Source of the DNA: Mytilus californianus
Lineage: Eukaryota
DNA: 64,000 nucleotides
Direction: 5' to 3'
Assembly: GCF_021869535.1 (NCBI RefSeq)
Contig: NW_026262734.1
Location: 96,038,001-96,102,000, forward strand
This document shows, one piece after another, positions 45,824 to 59,539 of this stretch. Position 1 is the stretch's first letter. Every line of letters starts with the position of its first letter. Position numbers and translations under genes: made by a program. The notes beneath the pieces are model-generated. The model had not been told where the DNA came from. It searched no databases and saw only the letters and a program-made list of their open reading frames with translations.

Positions 45824-47593
45824 CAATAGATGTGTTAGGAAAGTCAAAACGATTCTGGGGCTGATGTACCAATACCACTACAGGCTATAGTGGGGACAAT
45901 CTCAAAAAGCCCACATAATCATTCATTATAGTTATCTGTATGGGTTTGTTTGATAATGCTGAGATGATTTTTAAACAATGAAATAATAACAATCTATTCC
46001 TCAATACACAGACGAGGATACAGCAAATCAACACGATCATAATTAATATTATTATTATAAAATTGCATTGTTTCATAGTAGAGATCGCTTAAGTTTAAGA
46101 TCGTTGTTCCCCATTTCTTACTATTTTGTTGAACGACTACAAGGAAAAAAATGAATAAAAAACATTGCAATCAAATCACATCCGAATCAACTTTTTTTCT
46201 CTACAGCAATCTTTGTTCAAAATGTTCGTTTATTTGAAATTGATCTGAAATATACTTTTCACGTCGGGGCCTTCCATAGCTTTTAGGCGGGATGGGTTTT
46301 GTACCTTGTTGAAGGCCATATGGTGTCTTATATATGCCAACATTTACATCATTTTGTCTCTGGTGGATAGATGTCTACTTTGGCAATCATACCACATCTC
46401 CTAATTTATATCACGTTTCAAAAATAGAGAAATGTGTAGCTTTAAATTCTAATAAAAGACCTATAGATTTGTCTACTTGACAATTATACAAAAATAGAGT
46501 GGAACAGACGCCTATTTAATTTTATAATCTTTATTTTTTTAATTTTATCTAGAAAGGCCAATTTGATGTAATGCTGAAAAGGGACAATACCTAAAAATCC
46601 GTTAAAATGTGTGAATTATTTATTCTAAATCACATTTCCCTGACATTTTCTTTCTACCAGCTTTCGTCAGTTAGTTTTTCGAACAGAAGAGGTTATCAAA
46701 TTAAGTTTTCAAAGATTACCATATTCTGTGTTTGTTGTGGACTCAAAGAAGTAGAAAGAACGTATAATTCATATTGAACTTTTTAATGAATGATCGACTT
46801 GAATGTGAAAATTGTTTAACATGTTGAAATTTGCATGATTTGAGAATGCTTTTTTATTTATATCATTCTGGAGACAGAATTCTTTTTCTTCATGGGAGGC
46901 AGTGTTGTGCCACGACTATTGACAATAACTCTTTTAGTAATAGCCTTCATTCATTCATTTCATTCGTATTTCCCGGCGTATATTTTCCGCGAAACCAGGT
47001 CATATTCATTTTCATTTTTGCACACTTGCTTGTTATAGAAATGATCTTAATAACATAATATCCTTATTCAAATGTTATTAATGTATCCTATTGAATCCAT
47101 AGTTAGTAAGGTTGGAATTATCAAAAATTCTGCTTATCAAATAGAAGACTATTTGGTTTACATTCACATTTGTATACACATGTACTTTTTTTAGGTGTTT
47201 TGATTGACTTGGTCCTTCCAACGTTTTAAGAAAATGTAGTCAGTTTCAAATTAGAGCTTGAAGTAAACAGCTAATTTTGACAGTTTAGCCGTATTTGCTT
47301 TGGAGGTATTTTTCACACACTGCAATTTATTTAACATACATAGCAACTTATTGATATTAATTAATCACTGTAATTAATGATATTAGTTTTTAATAAAGCT
47401 GCTTTTATTTATTTAAACAAATCTAGTTTCTAGTTTTACAAAGTTTGGACTTTCAAAACAGTTTAATACTGTGACTTTTAGAATTGACATTTGCATAATA
47501 TCTGCCAACCATTTATAGTATCGGTTGGCGCTTCAAACATGTTGAATTTACGTTTCGGTGATGGATCAGATTTTTTTTCTTGGTATAACAGCT

Positions 47594-47725
47594 TCCCAGT
47601 GGCGAAGCAAGGTCAGTTTTAAGTGAACGCCTGGATCTCGGAGAGGTGTCTGAAGGCTCCCAGCGGGTCCAGAGCAGAGATCCTTCTGGTATGGGTTCCA
47701 GAGGCAAAGCCCCGGAAGATAAAAA
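47594..47725 (+). mobile_element. GC-rich MITE fragment (CAGTGGCG start)
   Basis: cagtggcgaagc start and the gggttccagaggcaaagcccc motif. No second terminus found. Confidence 0.4.
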
Positions 47726-50319
47726 GTTATCTAGAAAGCGATACCATTTCAGTCATTAAAAACACACCCAAATCAACATACTTTACAGTCTAATTTGATG
47801 ATTTGTTTATGTTTAATTTATTTTATTGTGTTGATTTGGAATCTAATGAGAGATAAATATCTAAACCAGTTACTCTAAAATATGTTTAAAAAGAGATGTG
47901 AGATACAAGAATCAATCGACAAGATATCAAAAACTTTAGAAACAATATGTGCAAATTTCGTTAAAGTACACATGAAATAATAATCTTCATAGATGGTCAG
48001 GTGTAAAATGAAAATTCGCAAAGGTTTCTGACATTATCATACAAGCTTCTGCCAAAGTTTCATAAGATTCGATGAAAGTTTGACAAAGTAAGTGTTGTGT
48101 AACAAACTTAAACCCCAGACTTTATACAATTGTGTAACTCCAAAAAACAAAGTCCTTTTATCAGTAAAGTACTGAAAATTTTAAAAAAAATGTTCATCAT
48201 GGATTTTAGCATACAAAAAGCTGCATTTCGTTAAAATGATGCGCAGTAAAAATCCGTCTATCCAATTCTGTACCCTTTAAAATATATTTTTCTAAGTTTT
48301 GTTTTGCCCTCCTAAATTAAACAAATAAAAATGAATATATGAAGATCTACGAAAGTTCCATGCACGTCTTAAGCTTAGGAGTCGACGTTAACGTTTCGCT
48401 TAATATTGTATCGAACACACGACAAACGTAAACTATACTACGCCGGGATACATTACAATGCAATTGCATTTTGAGAAAGTCCACACTTAAATCTTGTATT
48501 GGTATTGTTATTCAACATCAGCGCAGTATTTAAATCTCTTTCCTAACACGTCCAATAAGCTTTGTTTAATGCCAACTTATTCATATTGCAGTCCTCGTAT
48601 TATTGCCTATACATACTCTATTAGTTGACAAAGTATATGCAGTTTTTATTTTGTATTTAAAAAATGCACAAATAAAATTTCTCTTGGTCGTATTGTCATT
48701 ATTAAATTGCAACAGGGGCCAACACGCATTCATGATGTATGATAATTAGTTAAATTTCGTATTACGTTTTGTTCCAAGAGATGGTATAGACTTTGTAATA
48801 TGACTTAAAAAGATTAGAAAGCCATCAAAGCGTCCAAAAACTTAAATATTGAAGCATACTTTTATTTCCAAAAAGGACATATTAAACATGATAATAATTA
48901 AAAAAAAAAATTTTTCTATCAATTCACAGTATCCAAGATCCATTTTATAAATAATGAAAGAAAATTCCAAATACCAATACGCAATTTTATTAAACAGATG
49001 TTTAATTTTTAGCGTATTAAAATATGCTGCCTTATAACAATTAGGATATATATCAAACAGGCAAAAGAAATATAAGTCGAAGATTATCAATTTAGAAAAG
49101 ACTGATTTCAACACCAGTCAACAAAACAAATGAAACACAAAAATATATCCAAAAATAAAACAGTGATGGATCAGGTGCCCTGGAAACTTTTATTCTCCAA
49201 CCTTCATTATAAATTTCTTGATGTAAATCAAGATATTGGATAGACAAACGGTATATTCACGTTCATTTCAAGTTCGATGGAATTGATGTCAACATAGTCA
49301 TCAAACTTTGAGCTATTAAGTAAGAAAACGTCATTTTTATGGCAGAACGTAAAGTTATCTAGCTTCTTATATTCTTTCTGAGAAGATACTGTTTAAAATC
49401 TGCCTCTTCTGAATAAAAAAATCGGCATAGAAAGAACCACAGTCGGTTCACAAGCTTGTTAAATCTTTTTGTGACATACAGATTGTCTCATTTATAATTT
49501 TTTTCAGTAGAAAGTATAGAACATTCATTATCCGAAGTTTTTAATATAAAACAGACAGATCATTTTATTTTTCATTGAGGTAATGTTCAAACAGAATGAT
49601 AGCCATGCGATGAAACAATTCAACAAGATGTATTGATGTGCTTTTTATCAAAAGGTTTCCTGGTAAATGTAAGTTTGAATGCTCACGAGAGTAATAGCTT
49701 TTCTAAAATTCAGGATCAATTCTCGAATGTTTCAAAACATTTTGATTTGGTTTTTTTTGGTAAACAGACGATACTTAAAAATTGGTCAATCAAAAATGTA
49801 TTATGCGGTATGATTTCATGAGATACAACTTTCCATAAAGACAAACAGACCAAAATGAATATTAACAGAAAACAGTACGGCTTTTAACAATGAGGAAAAC
49901 CCTTTCAGTATAGAAATCTACTCAACATGTTCAATGCTTTGCTTTAACAAAACATGAAATAAAACTATTGACAAAGAACAATGTCTTACCTGTACAATGT
50001 ACTTTGATTGTATTATGCAAATATAACAATAATTTAGCATGTAGAACTCAATGAACTATAACTAAAGTAGTACATTTAATCTCAATTTAAACGAGATGTG
50101 TTACTGCTAAAACTACGGAATAAAGAATATCATTGTCTAACCATTCGTGGTTCCCAAAAAACCTTACTTAATTACAAAGTGTAAAATAATATTTTCTCTA
50201 TGGTAAATTAGTTATTCTGAAACAAATTTAAATAATAAACTGTTCACTTTAGTTTGGGCTAACTATTTACTTTGTCTTGTCATTTTAATCGAATGTCATA
50301 TTTATTAATACTTCTTATT

Positions 50320-50545
50320 CGAGTTATACCCGTGTTGTCTTATGCATTCAATTAAGGTTAAATAGGTTTAGCTAGTTATAAAACCAGGTTTAATCCACCA
50401 TTTTCTACATAGGAAAATGCTGTACCAAGTCAGGAATATGACAGTTGTTATCCATTCGTTTGATACGTTTGAGCTTTTGATTTTGCCATTTGATTAGGGA
50501 CTTGCCGTTTTAAATTTTCCTCGGAGTTCGGTATTTTTGTTATTT
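50320..50545 (+). mobile_element. Family B (PLE 3' end)
   Basis: tataaaaccaggtttaatccacc...tgtaccaagtcaggaatatgacag...cggtatttttgttatttt. Confidence 0.85.
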
Positions 50546-50719
50546 TGCTTTTTAGGAACGATAGAAAACTGATGGTTGCAATCCTACTAAAAAAACTAAA
50601 AAAAATAGTTTGTGTTTATGGGAATTAAATACGAAATACCAACGATTGGTGAATACATTAAATATATTTAATCATTACAACTACACACATAATGTGTTTG
50701 CGTAGATATATGTCTAGGT

Positions 50720-50808
50720 TAGTCTATGGAAAGGTATATACTATGAATTTAGAGCGAGGGGATTGCCCCGAGCTCTTAATTTCATAGTATATACCTTTTC
50801 ATAGACTA
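50720..50808. mobile_element. Short palindromic element
   Basis: tagtctatggaaaggtatatactatgaa / ttcatagtatataccttttcatagacta near-perfect arms. Confidence 0.8.
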
Positions 50809-51203
50809 TCCAATTTAGCACATATTTACAACTCGAGTAATCTTTTAATTGTTCTATTGATAGTTTATTTTGGTTGACTACTTGTATCACAGGTGTTTGT
50901 AAAACGCAGCTCATTAACGAAGTCTTGTAAATCTACTCACTAGTATCAATGTAAATTATGTGATTTCAAAAGGCCCTCGACTCCAGAATGAAAAGATGGT
51001 AGCTGCTGGTGTAAGTATATTTATTGGTATAAAGCGGTGTTTTACTATACATGTACTTCTTTACATGGTAAGATGACAAAATAAATTGACCAAAAGCAGG
51101 CAATAATTAAATTGCAGTGGAATGCTTTAAATATCTTGAAAACATTTTTCAATTTCACAATAAAACTAAAGCTATAATAAATTTGAAACATTTAGATAGT
51201 ATG

Positions 51204-51367
51204 CAGTGGCGGATCCAGGGAGGAGGGTTACGGAAATTGGAAAACCCCCTTTTTTGGACGATCAATGCTTTTGAATGAGAACGTATGGTTGGAACCCTAC
51301 CCCCCCCCCCCCCCCCCCCTAATCCTGGGTTGGAAACCCCTTTTAAGAAAGGCTGGATCCGCCCCTG
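51204..51367 (+). mobile_element. Complete MITE with 5-bp target site duplication
   Basis: TIR cagtggcggatccag / ctggatccgcccctg, with GTATG on both flanks (51199-51203, 51368-51372). Confidence 0.85.
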
Positions 51368-51519
51368 GTATGTCCCCATAGATAGTCTAGCGGATAGTCA
51401 TTACTACCAATAGGTAAAAGATACTAGGGTTTATATTTTTTTTTCGAAGTAAAAACTAAAAGATGTATCAGAACATGTATATCCATATATATATATAGGT
51501 GGCACATTCTCTCCAGACA

Positions 51520-51615
51520 TTATTACGGGTTTTCAATTCATGACATCGTCCTGAACATTCATGAAATATTTGCCACCGGACATTCAGCAACCAATAATCA
51601 ACCAATCAATCAATT
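51520..51615 (+). mobile_element. SINE-like 3' tail with (AATC)n
   Basis: Matches 2640-2705 in reverse. Confidence 0.6.
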
Positions 51616-53119
51616 CAGTTACCTTAATTTCCCTTTACAAGGTTTCATAGTACACACTTTTTTGTGTACAAAGTAATTGCATGGATGATAAATCATAATT
51701 TGAAGATGGCGTTGTTCTCTAATCAAGGTATAAAGAACCATATTTGTTACTCTTTATTTAAATGAAAGAAACTTGCAATCGTCAAACACTTTTTTTTTTA
51801 GATCTAAAGGAATTTCAAAATCAATGTAAAAACTAATTACAAACTATGTTATTTAATTTGGAACACAGCATTTAATTTAAAATAGCCAGTGGCAATTTTT
51901 GTTTTAATATCTTGATTACGATACAATGAAATCTTACCCTTGTGGTCATTCATGCGTAGTTACTTAGTACACGGAAAAAGTATGTACTATGAAAATTAGA
52001 GGGCAAATTCAAGCAATTTGATTGGACGAGAAGTTGTAAGTATGTGCTAAATGATTGGTATTGACTTCTCCATTCAGATTATAGTGTAATGGGTGATTAA
52101 CTGCACACTTAATGTGTTTTTTCAAAACAGATAATAAGCAAAATAAACAAGTATTTAAAATGACAGGATCCTTCCCTTAGGTATTGAAGATGATAAAACA
52201 TCTCTATAGGATGAGATAACATAACGTGTTCCGAAGACGACGCAGCACAAGACGGGCAGAATTTGAATATATGCATACAAAACAAAACAAGTCTGGTAAC
52301 AATTAAAATTACCGCCAAACAACATTAAACATATATTGTAAATATGACAAATTACCTTCCTGGTTAATCTATGCTTTTGTTGAACAGGCATTAGAAAATA
52401 AGAGGTATGTAATGCTTTTAACTTCCAACTTCACTTTCGAATATGTAGCGTGACATTTTTCGATGTCTTTCTATTTGTTATTAGTATTATATTTCAACCG
52501 AAAACAGCCCATTTTCTTGTTTTACGTTGGTCAATTAATTCGCTATTACTTGTTTCACAATTTGATCATACCATATCAATTCATTTCCAGGATGTGTCCT
52601 TCTCTACCGCTTAAGATTACGAGAGAAAAGGGACATGCTTCAATTCTTTTTTAATTTACTTCTTTCGATCACCCTTTTTGACTAACAATCGAATTATACT
52701 TCATGATCCGATTAGAATTTGAGCATAATATCAAGTTTGAGTTGGAGTTAAAATTTCGATTAAATATCCCAGTTAAACTAAAAGTTGATACTCAATTTTT
52801 ATATGAAATGGTTAGAATAACAGTACGATTTAGGATTCCAAGTTCGATTATGTACATATAATTTGCATATTTTATGTACGTTAAATTCAAATTTATAGCA
52901 TATAGTATTGTTATTTCAAATTATGAAATTCAAAGTGTTTGAAGCTTAAGATACCAAGCTTTAACTAGTATAAACATATAGATGATATGATAGCAATTAA
53001 AATGCAATAATACAAAACTTTATTTGTAAATAAAAAGATATAATATAAAAAACTTGCAGAATTCTTTCACTGTTTTCTACTTTCATAGATGTGTAAGAAT
53101 ACTCCGTGAAAAGGAATAT

Positions 53120-54570
53120 AGACATAAAGTAAAGTAACAAAATTACCGAACTCCAAGGAAAATTCAAAACGGAAAGTCCCTTATCAAATGGCAAAATCAA
53201 AAGCTCAAACATATCAAACGAATGGAAAATAACTGTCATATTCCTGCTTTGGTACAGACATATCCTTATGTAGAACATGGTGGATAAAACCTGGTTCATA
53301 ACTAGCTAAACCTCTCATTTGTATGACAGTCACAAATATCACATATGCAGGTGAAGTTGGTATATTGCTACTGATAATTTCAAAATTTAAATCGTCCCGT
53401 TTGTCATAGATTCTGGTACTGAGGTGACCGCTTATGTCAAATTCGAGATATTAGTCAAAAAATGAGGTGGAGGAAAACGTGTCTGTTGTTTCTTTAATTT
53501 ATAGTTCTTTAGGATATATTAATGAAACACAATCAGAAAAGTTTGAATTGTGACTCGAAAAAACATAATCAATATATCTGTGAATGTGAAATTAAATAAT
53601 CTGGCTTCTTTGATATTCTTGTTTTTTGACAAGTATCTGAAGGAAATACGATCCATATGAAAATAAGAAGAGGTCGTCATGGAGAAGCGCACAGTTCGTT
53701 CCCATAGTAATGCCGACATTTTTTTTTATAAAAGACTACCTACAAATTCATTTTTATATCGAAAAGTATTGTGGATTATGTCTTTTAGACGATTTAATTT
53801 CACATGGGGAATGATGGTATATAGGGTTGAAAAATCAAAAGTGTTGATAGATTTATTATTAGAGAAAGATAGAGATTTAAAATTATTCAGAAGTTATTAA
53901 GAGTATTTTAGAATCCACATGTGCTAATCCAAAACGAGAGTAAACAGTGCCACAGTATTTCTAAAGACCCTCTTTCACTGCGGACTGATTTTTTTTCAAT
54001 TTAATTGACAATTCCTTTGTTGTACATGCAGACGAGCCGGCAAGGTACCGTTGTTTGTACTGAATTTTGAATTTTGTGAATCTTTGGTATCCAATAAACA
54101 AGAGAAGTCCTCAGATTTTCTGTTCAATGTAATGTCCATTGAAGCTATGAAGGACTTATGATTCGCCAAAATCTCATCTTTGTCAAATAATATGCGTTTG
54201 TATTTGGGATTACCTGAGTGTTAATTTATTCCTAGTTATTTTCACAAGACATTCGTAGTAGTACGATTTATATACAAAGACAATATTATTTGAAGTTTTC
54301 TTCACATTTGACCTGATTGGTTTGACCCATTCTGACAAAGTGTCCAGTTCAACTTCTTCTCGTTTAGCCTATGCTCTGGCATAGTCTTCAATGGAATCAA
54401 TAATCATTTTGAAGTTATGGTTCCAATTGATGTGCTGGAGTTCTCTGAGCTTAGGACCATGATATATCACCTTTCGCAGATGTTCATGTTGAATTATATT
54501 TAGATCCCCAGTGAAAACATAGCCAGGGGTGTTGAACAGTGGGAACAGTCACATGTCAGAGAGTTTTTAG
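53120..54570 (-). mobile_element. Deleted Penelope-like (Naiad-type) retroelement: CxC linker, RT, 3' end
   Basis: Minus frames read LTCDCS, GYVFTGDL, HGPKLRE, SNNIVFV, TFDFSTLYTIIPH, VGITMGTNC, RLFNFTF, YDKRDD and SNIPTSPAY, followed directly by family B (53335-53120). Confidence 0.9.
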
Positions 54571-54999
54571 GTATTTATTTTTCTAAATCAAGGTCCTGCA
54601 ATGCTTGTTTATAGTTAAATACTTAAGGTGCAATGGTTTTGGTGTAGCTGTATGATACAGTAGGAACAGACGCATCTAGTGGCATTACAATGCATAATCA
54701 TTGCTTAATATGGTACGTATTTCAAAGTTTGAATTTTATCTTTTTTTAGTGATAAAAAACATTCTGGGCATGTAACTATTCTGTAATCTATTAATCAGAA
54801 AATATAAGAACGAATAATAAAGAAATTCCATATCATAATACGTTAAAAGCAATATATGTATTTTTCTAATATGTGATTGCGACCTTTAACAAATATCGGG
54901 TAAAGGTGACTTCGTAGAGGACCGCGTTTATCGTATATGTATGTAAATACTGCGGAGTTCATTTTACATAAGAATCTTAGGTATATATTAACAGATCAA

Positions 55000-55280
55000 C
55001 AGTTTTCTTTTCCGGACCATCGTAAAAAGAAAACGTCGCGAGCCGTAAAACTACGCTTGAAACACGTGCGTCGCCAAAACAGTTGTAAAGTACTGATACC
55101 CACTTCAAATCAATTATTTCTTCAAATTTGAAGGAAAAAGTTTATACAGTAGGAGATTATTCTTGCTTTTGAACAGTTTTCGTCATAACAACAGTTTTCT
55201 TATCCGAACCATCGTTAAAAAGAAAGCTAGGAGACGTAAACTATGCTTCAAACACGTGCGATGCAAAGTTGTAAATAAAT
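55000..55280. repeat. Two diverged ~90-bp CpG-rich direct repeats 192 bp apart
   Basis: cagttttct...ccatcgt.aaaagaaa...aaacacgtgcg...gttgtaaa at 55000 and 55192. Confidence 0.7.
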
Positions 55281-55510
55281 CCTTTAGCTAATATGTGACG
55301 CCATTTAACCACATCATGTCGTAAAGTAATACAATCAATACCTTTATTATTCAGTCCATTGTTGCCTACAGCTATAAAATGCTCTCAGCTGATTATTGAT
55401 TTTCTGTCAAAGTCGTAACGAGTTCAAGGTGAATTCCGAATATTGTCTGATCAGGTAGAGTCCGAGAAACCCGTAAAGTAAACAAGATGGATGAAAATGA
55501 ATTGTTATAT

Positions 55511-55561
55511 TTCTTTCGCCAAATTCTTTCGCCAAATTCTTTCGCCAAATTCTTTCGCCAA
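55511..55561. repeat. 13-bp tandem repeat x4 (ttctttcgccaaa)
   Basis: Units at 55511, 55524, 55537 and 55550. Confidence 0.9.
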
Positions 55562-57824
55562 TAATGAATTTTGATCGCAACAATTTCTATTTTTTCGCAA
55601 AATGCGAAATTGGCCCGCCAGCAGAAACCCTGATATATGTATCCGTCCAATCCGTGCATATGATTAATAGACTTGTCGTTTGCTGACTGTTTTCGCGGTA
55701 ACTCTCAAATAGCTTATTAGACGTATCTGCAGATTCTATGGATCATCGATCACCGATCATTCATCGATCAGTCAAACATCCGTCAACGATCATTCACTTG
55801 TCAGTCAAGTTCCCGTCAAACAGTAACGCCTAAGGTTCAAGTACTGTATTTTGCATACGTATGAATAAAGTATAACTTATGTCGAAAGTCTGGACGTCTC
55901 TTCTGTGTCGTTGAATGTGCATTCGAAGTATTTGCCAAACATGTTATTTCTGAAAATACAAGTGTTTGAAATAGGAAGATGCTTTCCGAAGAGAACTCAA
56001 AATAAAACACTTTTCCATTATAAAATAACATCACATGTGGTGTTTCCCCAAATAGAAGAACGATGGACCAACTCAGTACATTGATTAAATCTACACGTAT
56101 CATTTTAATTATATGTATTTATAACTACAGGGTTACGAGCGCTTTCGAAAACAATGAATACATTACTAGTATGAATTCTTTTTTTGTAGGGACTTATGAA
56201 CTACCCCCATATGAGATAACATATTTAATGTAAATGTGCACGTGACAAATAACATCCATTGTGGCACATATATCGGTACATTTGAGGTATTTAAAGCTTT
56301 TAATTTTCAATTTCATGTTAAAACGTAGGCTTGAAGCACAACTGTTTTTGAAACATTCCATTTGAATTATATATTTAGTTTCATTTGAAAAATCTCATTC
56401 TCGATTTTCAATTTTAACCTTTAAGGAGGCTCGAGGCTATCAAATTAAATTATGGGGTCACCGTTCATTTAAGCGTTTTATAGGCCACCGAAATAAAGAG
56501 GTTTTTTTACTTAAATTTTAATAACGGATACAATTTATATAAGATTTTGTTTAAATTTGTTTTACAACAAGCACAAGTATAGTTTTACATGTTCAGCTAA
56601 AAAAATATATAGGTCACAGTTAGTTTAAGAAAGATATTTCACATTCTTAATCCAATTATCCATTTTTGGCGGGAAAAGACTAATAGGGAAAATATCACCT
56701 GCATTACCTTCATCCTAAAATAAATAAGAGAACTAAATTATACAGATTTCCATTAAACTTTCTATTCTAAGAGAATTATAAGTGAAGTTCAGAAAAAACA
56801 CAAGAAAATGGAGGTCACCGATCTTTTAAGAGAGATAAATCACTAAAAGGGTTAAACCATTGCAACTAGAAAAATGACTATTTTTGATAAAATTCAACTT
56901 TTTTCCCGTTTTTAGCCAAAACTATATGAAATGAAAACCTAATTTTTGCTTACAATACCCCGTAGTGACATACAGGTCCACATTGAATTATAGGTCATAT
57001 GGTCAAATCGTAGGGTCAAAGGTCAAGGTTATGGCATTCATAAATTAATGTTAATTCATAAATTTTGAAGTGTTTTTTCATGAGATCATTTGATACATTA
57101 TGTAAAACAAGAAGTGGAAGGTGGAACTGAATGATTATATAATTCAATTATCAAAGTGACCATTGTTAGAATAGTCAAACTTGGATTGTACGGAACAATT
57201 TAGATAATTTTAAATACCAAATATTTAGAAGGAAAAGTACCAAACTTTTATAGATTATGACCTACTGAGAAAAATGCCCCTTATTAGATCTTATGTCAAT
57301 AGGACATACAAATTAACAAGATGTACTAGTCTACTATAGATGATTAGATAGATAAACAAAAATTAATTTTCCCTCTTTTCCTCCAAGTCTGATATGGGAA
57401 ACCTCAAACATCAATTCTATCAAAAAATAAAATAGGTGCATGATGGCATTTGATATTATGATTCTCTGCAAACTTCATGACTAATGTTAAACCTTCTTGC
57501 TTTTTGTGGAAAATTTAAAGGTTTAGATTAATATGTAGTCTGTGTCTGTCCCAAGTCCGGAGCCTGTTATTCAGTGGTTGTCATATGTTGTTGTAATATT
57601 TTTATTTCTTTTGTGTTTTGTACATAAATCAGGCTGTTATTTTCTTTTTTGAATTGCTTTACATTTGTCATTTCGTTTTATAGCTTACTATGCAGTATGG
57701 AGTTGGCTCATTGTTGAAGGCCATAGGGTGACTTTTAGTTGTTAACTTCTAAGTCTTTTTGGCCTCTGGTGGAAAGTTTTCCATGCAACCATGCCACGTT
57801 TTATTTGCAATCATATCCCATCTT

Positions 57825-59260
57825 TTTATACGACCGCAAAAAATTTGCGTTCGTATATTGCTATCATGTCGTCGTCGTCCGAAGACATTTGGTTTCCGGA
57901 CAATAACTTTAGTATAAGTGAATGAATCTCTATGAAATTTAACCACAAGGTTCAATAACACAAAAGAAAGGTTGGGATTGATTTTGGGGGTTATGGTCCT
58001 AACTGTTTAGGAATAAGGGGGTCAAAAAGGGGCCAAAAAAGGCATTTTTCTAGTTTCTAGTGTATAGATCTCTATTAAATTGTACCACAAGGTTCCATAC
58101 CACAAAGGGAAGGTTGGGATTGACTTTGGGGGTTATGACCCAAACCGTTCAGGAATAAGGGGCAAAAAAAGAGGGGGGAAAACAAGGTTTTTCTGGTTAA
58201 TGGACAATTACTTAAGTATTAGTCTATGGATCTCTATGAAATTAAAACACAAGGTTCCATACCACAAAGGGAAGGTTGGGTTTGACTTTGGGGGTTATGG
58301 CTAAAACCGTTCAAGAATAAGGGGCAAAAAGGGGGAGGAACAAGGTTTTTCTGGTTCCGGACAAATACTTAAGTATTGGTCGACTAATGGATCTCTATGA
58401 AATTGTACCACAAGGTTCCATACCACGCACAGAAGGTTGGGGTCGATTTTGTGGGTTGTGGCTTTAATCGTTAAGAAACTAGAGGCCAAATAGGGGCCAA
58501 AAACAAAACTTTTCTAATACTGGCTAAGCTGGTTCTAACATAAATTATTTCTGATCTATATAAAGAAACAACAAATGCTGATATGGCAGGAGATACACAC
58601 CAAACAGGGTGTGTAAAGTTTTATATTTAGTTTGTAAACAGATATACTAAGTATTGCGCAACAGCAAAGTATTGCACAACAGCAAGAAATCTTCAATTGA
58701 AAATAAATACAAATCTTTTAACCAATTTCAATGAGGATTAGTTTAAAGTCTTGAATTGGTTTAGGTTTTTACCATGTATTACTATATTGGATATTTGGAC
58801 ATTTTTAAATAGGTCTACATTAAGGTCCAAAGGGTCCAAAATTAAACTTTGTTTGTATTCATCAAAAATTGAATTCTTGTGGTTCTATGATATGCTGAAT
58901 CTAACTGTGCATTCAGATTTTTAATTTTGGGCCCTATTTTCAAATTAGTTCATATTAAGGTCCAAAGGGTCCATAATTAATCTTTGTTTGAACTCATGGT
59001 TTTTTTCTTATATGCTGAATCTAAACCATGGAATTAGATTTTGGATATTGGACCTTTAAGTAGATTAAATGTCCCATTTCAAATTTTTAAGTTATCTGAC
59101 CACGTTTATTCTGTGTCAGAAATCTATAATGTGTCAAATATTTAATCACTATCCAAATTCAGAGCTGTATCAAGCTTGATTAATGTGTCCATACTTGCCC
59201 CAACTGTTCAGAGTTCGATCTCTGCGGTCGTATCCAGCTGCTCCAGGCGGAGCGCATTTT
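57825..59260 (+). mobile_element. Complete HINE element (third family)
   Basis: subTIR tatacgaccgca (57827) / tgcggtcgtat (59223), (GTC)n, ~162-bp units, 3' GC hairpin 59237-59255. Inserted at a T run. Confidence 0.85.
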
Positions 59261-59539
59261 TATATATATTTGAAATTTTAGACATAATGCTGACAGGACA
59301 GCTTCTATGTTTGTTGTATAATGCATTATTAGAGGAGCCATTTATATCTAAGTTTGACATAGACAAATTCTTCTTTCATTTCATAGTACTCCTGTTTATG
59401 TATAAAAATTAATACATGAGATAGTTGAACATGATACACCAGCCATTTAATCTTTTTTCATATCTGTCAATTTATCCATTTATGTTTGAAATTACATACA
59501 TAAAAAAATTTAGGTTCAATAGTGTGTTAAATTTGTATT

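Noticed and set aside
50420-50480. AUGA...GA in family B as a SECIS element (some clam Naiads are selenoproteins)
   Set aside because: Spacing is too short, there is no apical AA loop, and no in-frame UGA pattern in the RT remnants.
55511-55561. CRISPR-like array
   Set aside because: Head-to-tail 13-bp repeats with no spacers, in a eukaryotic context.
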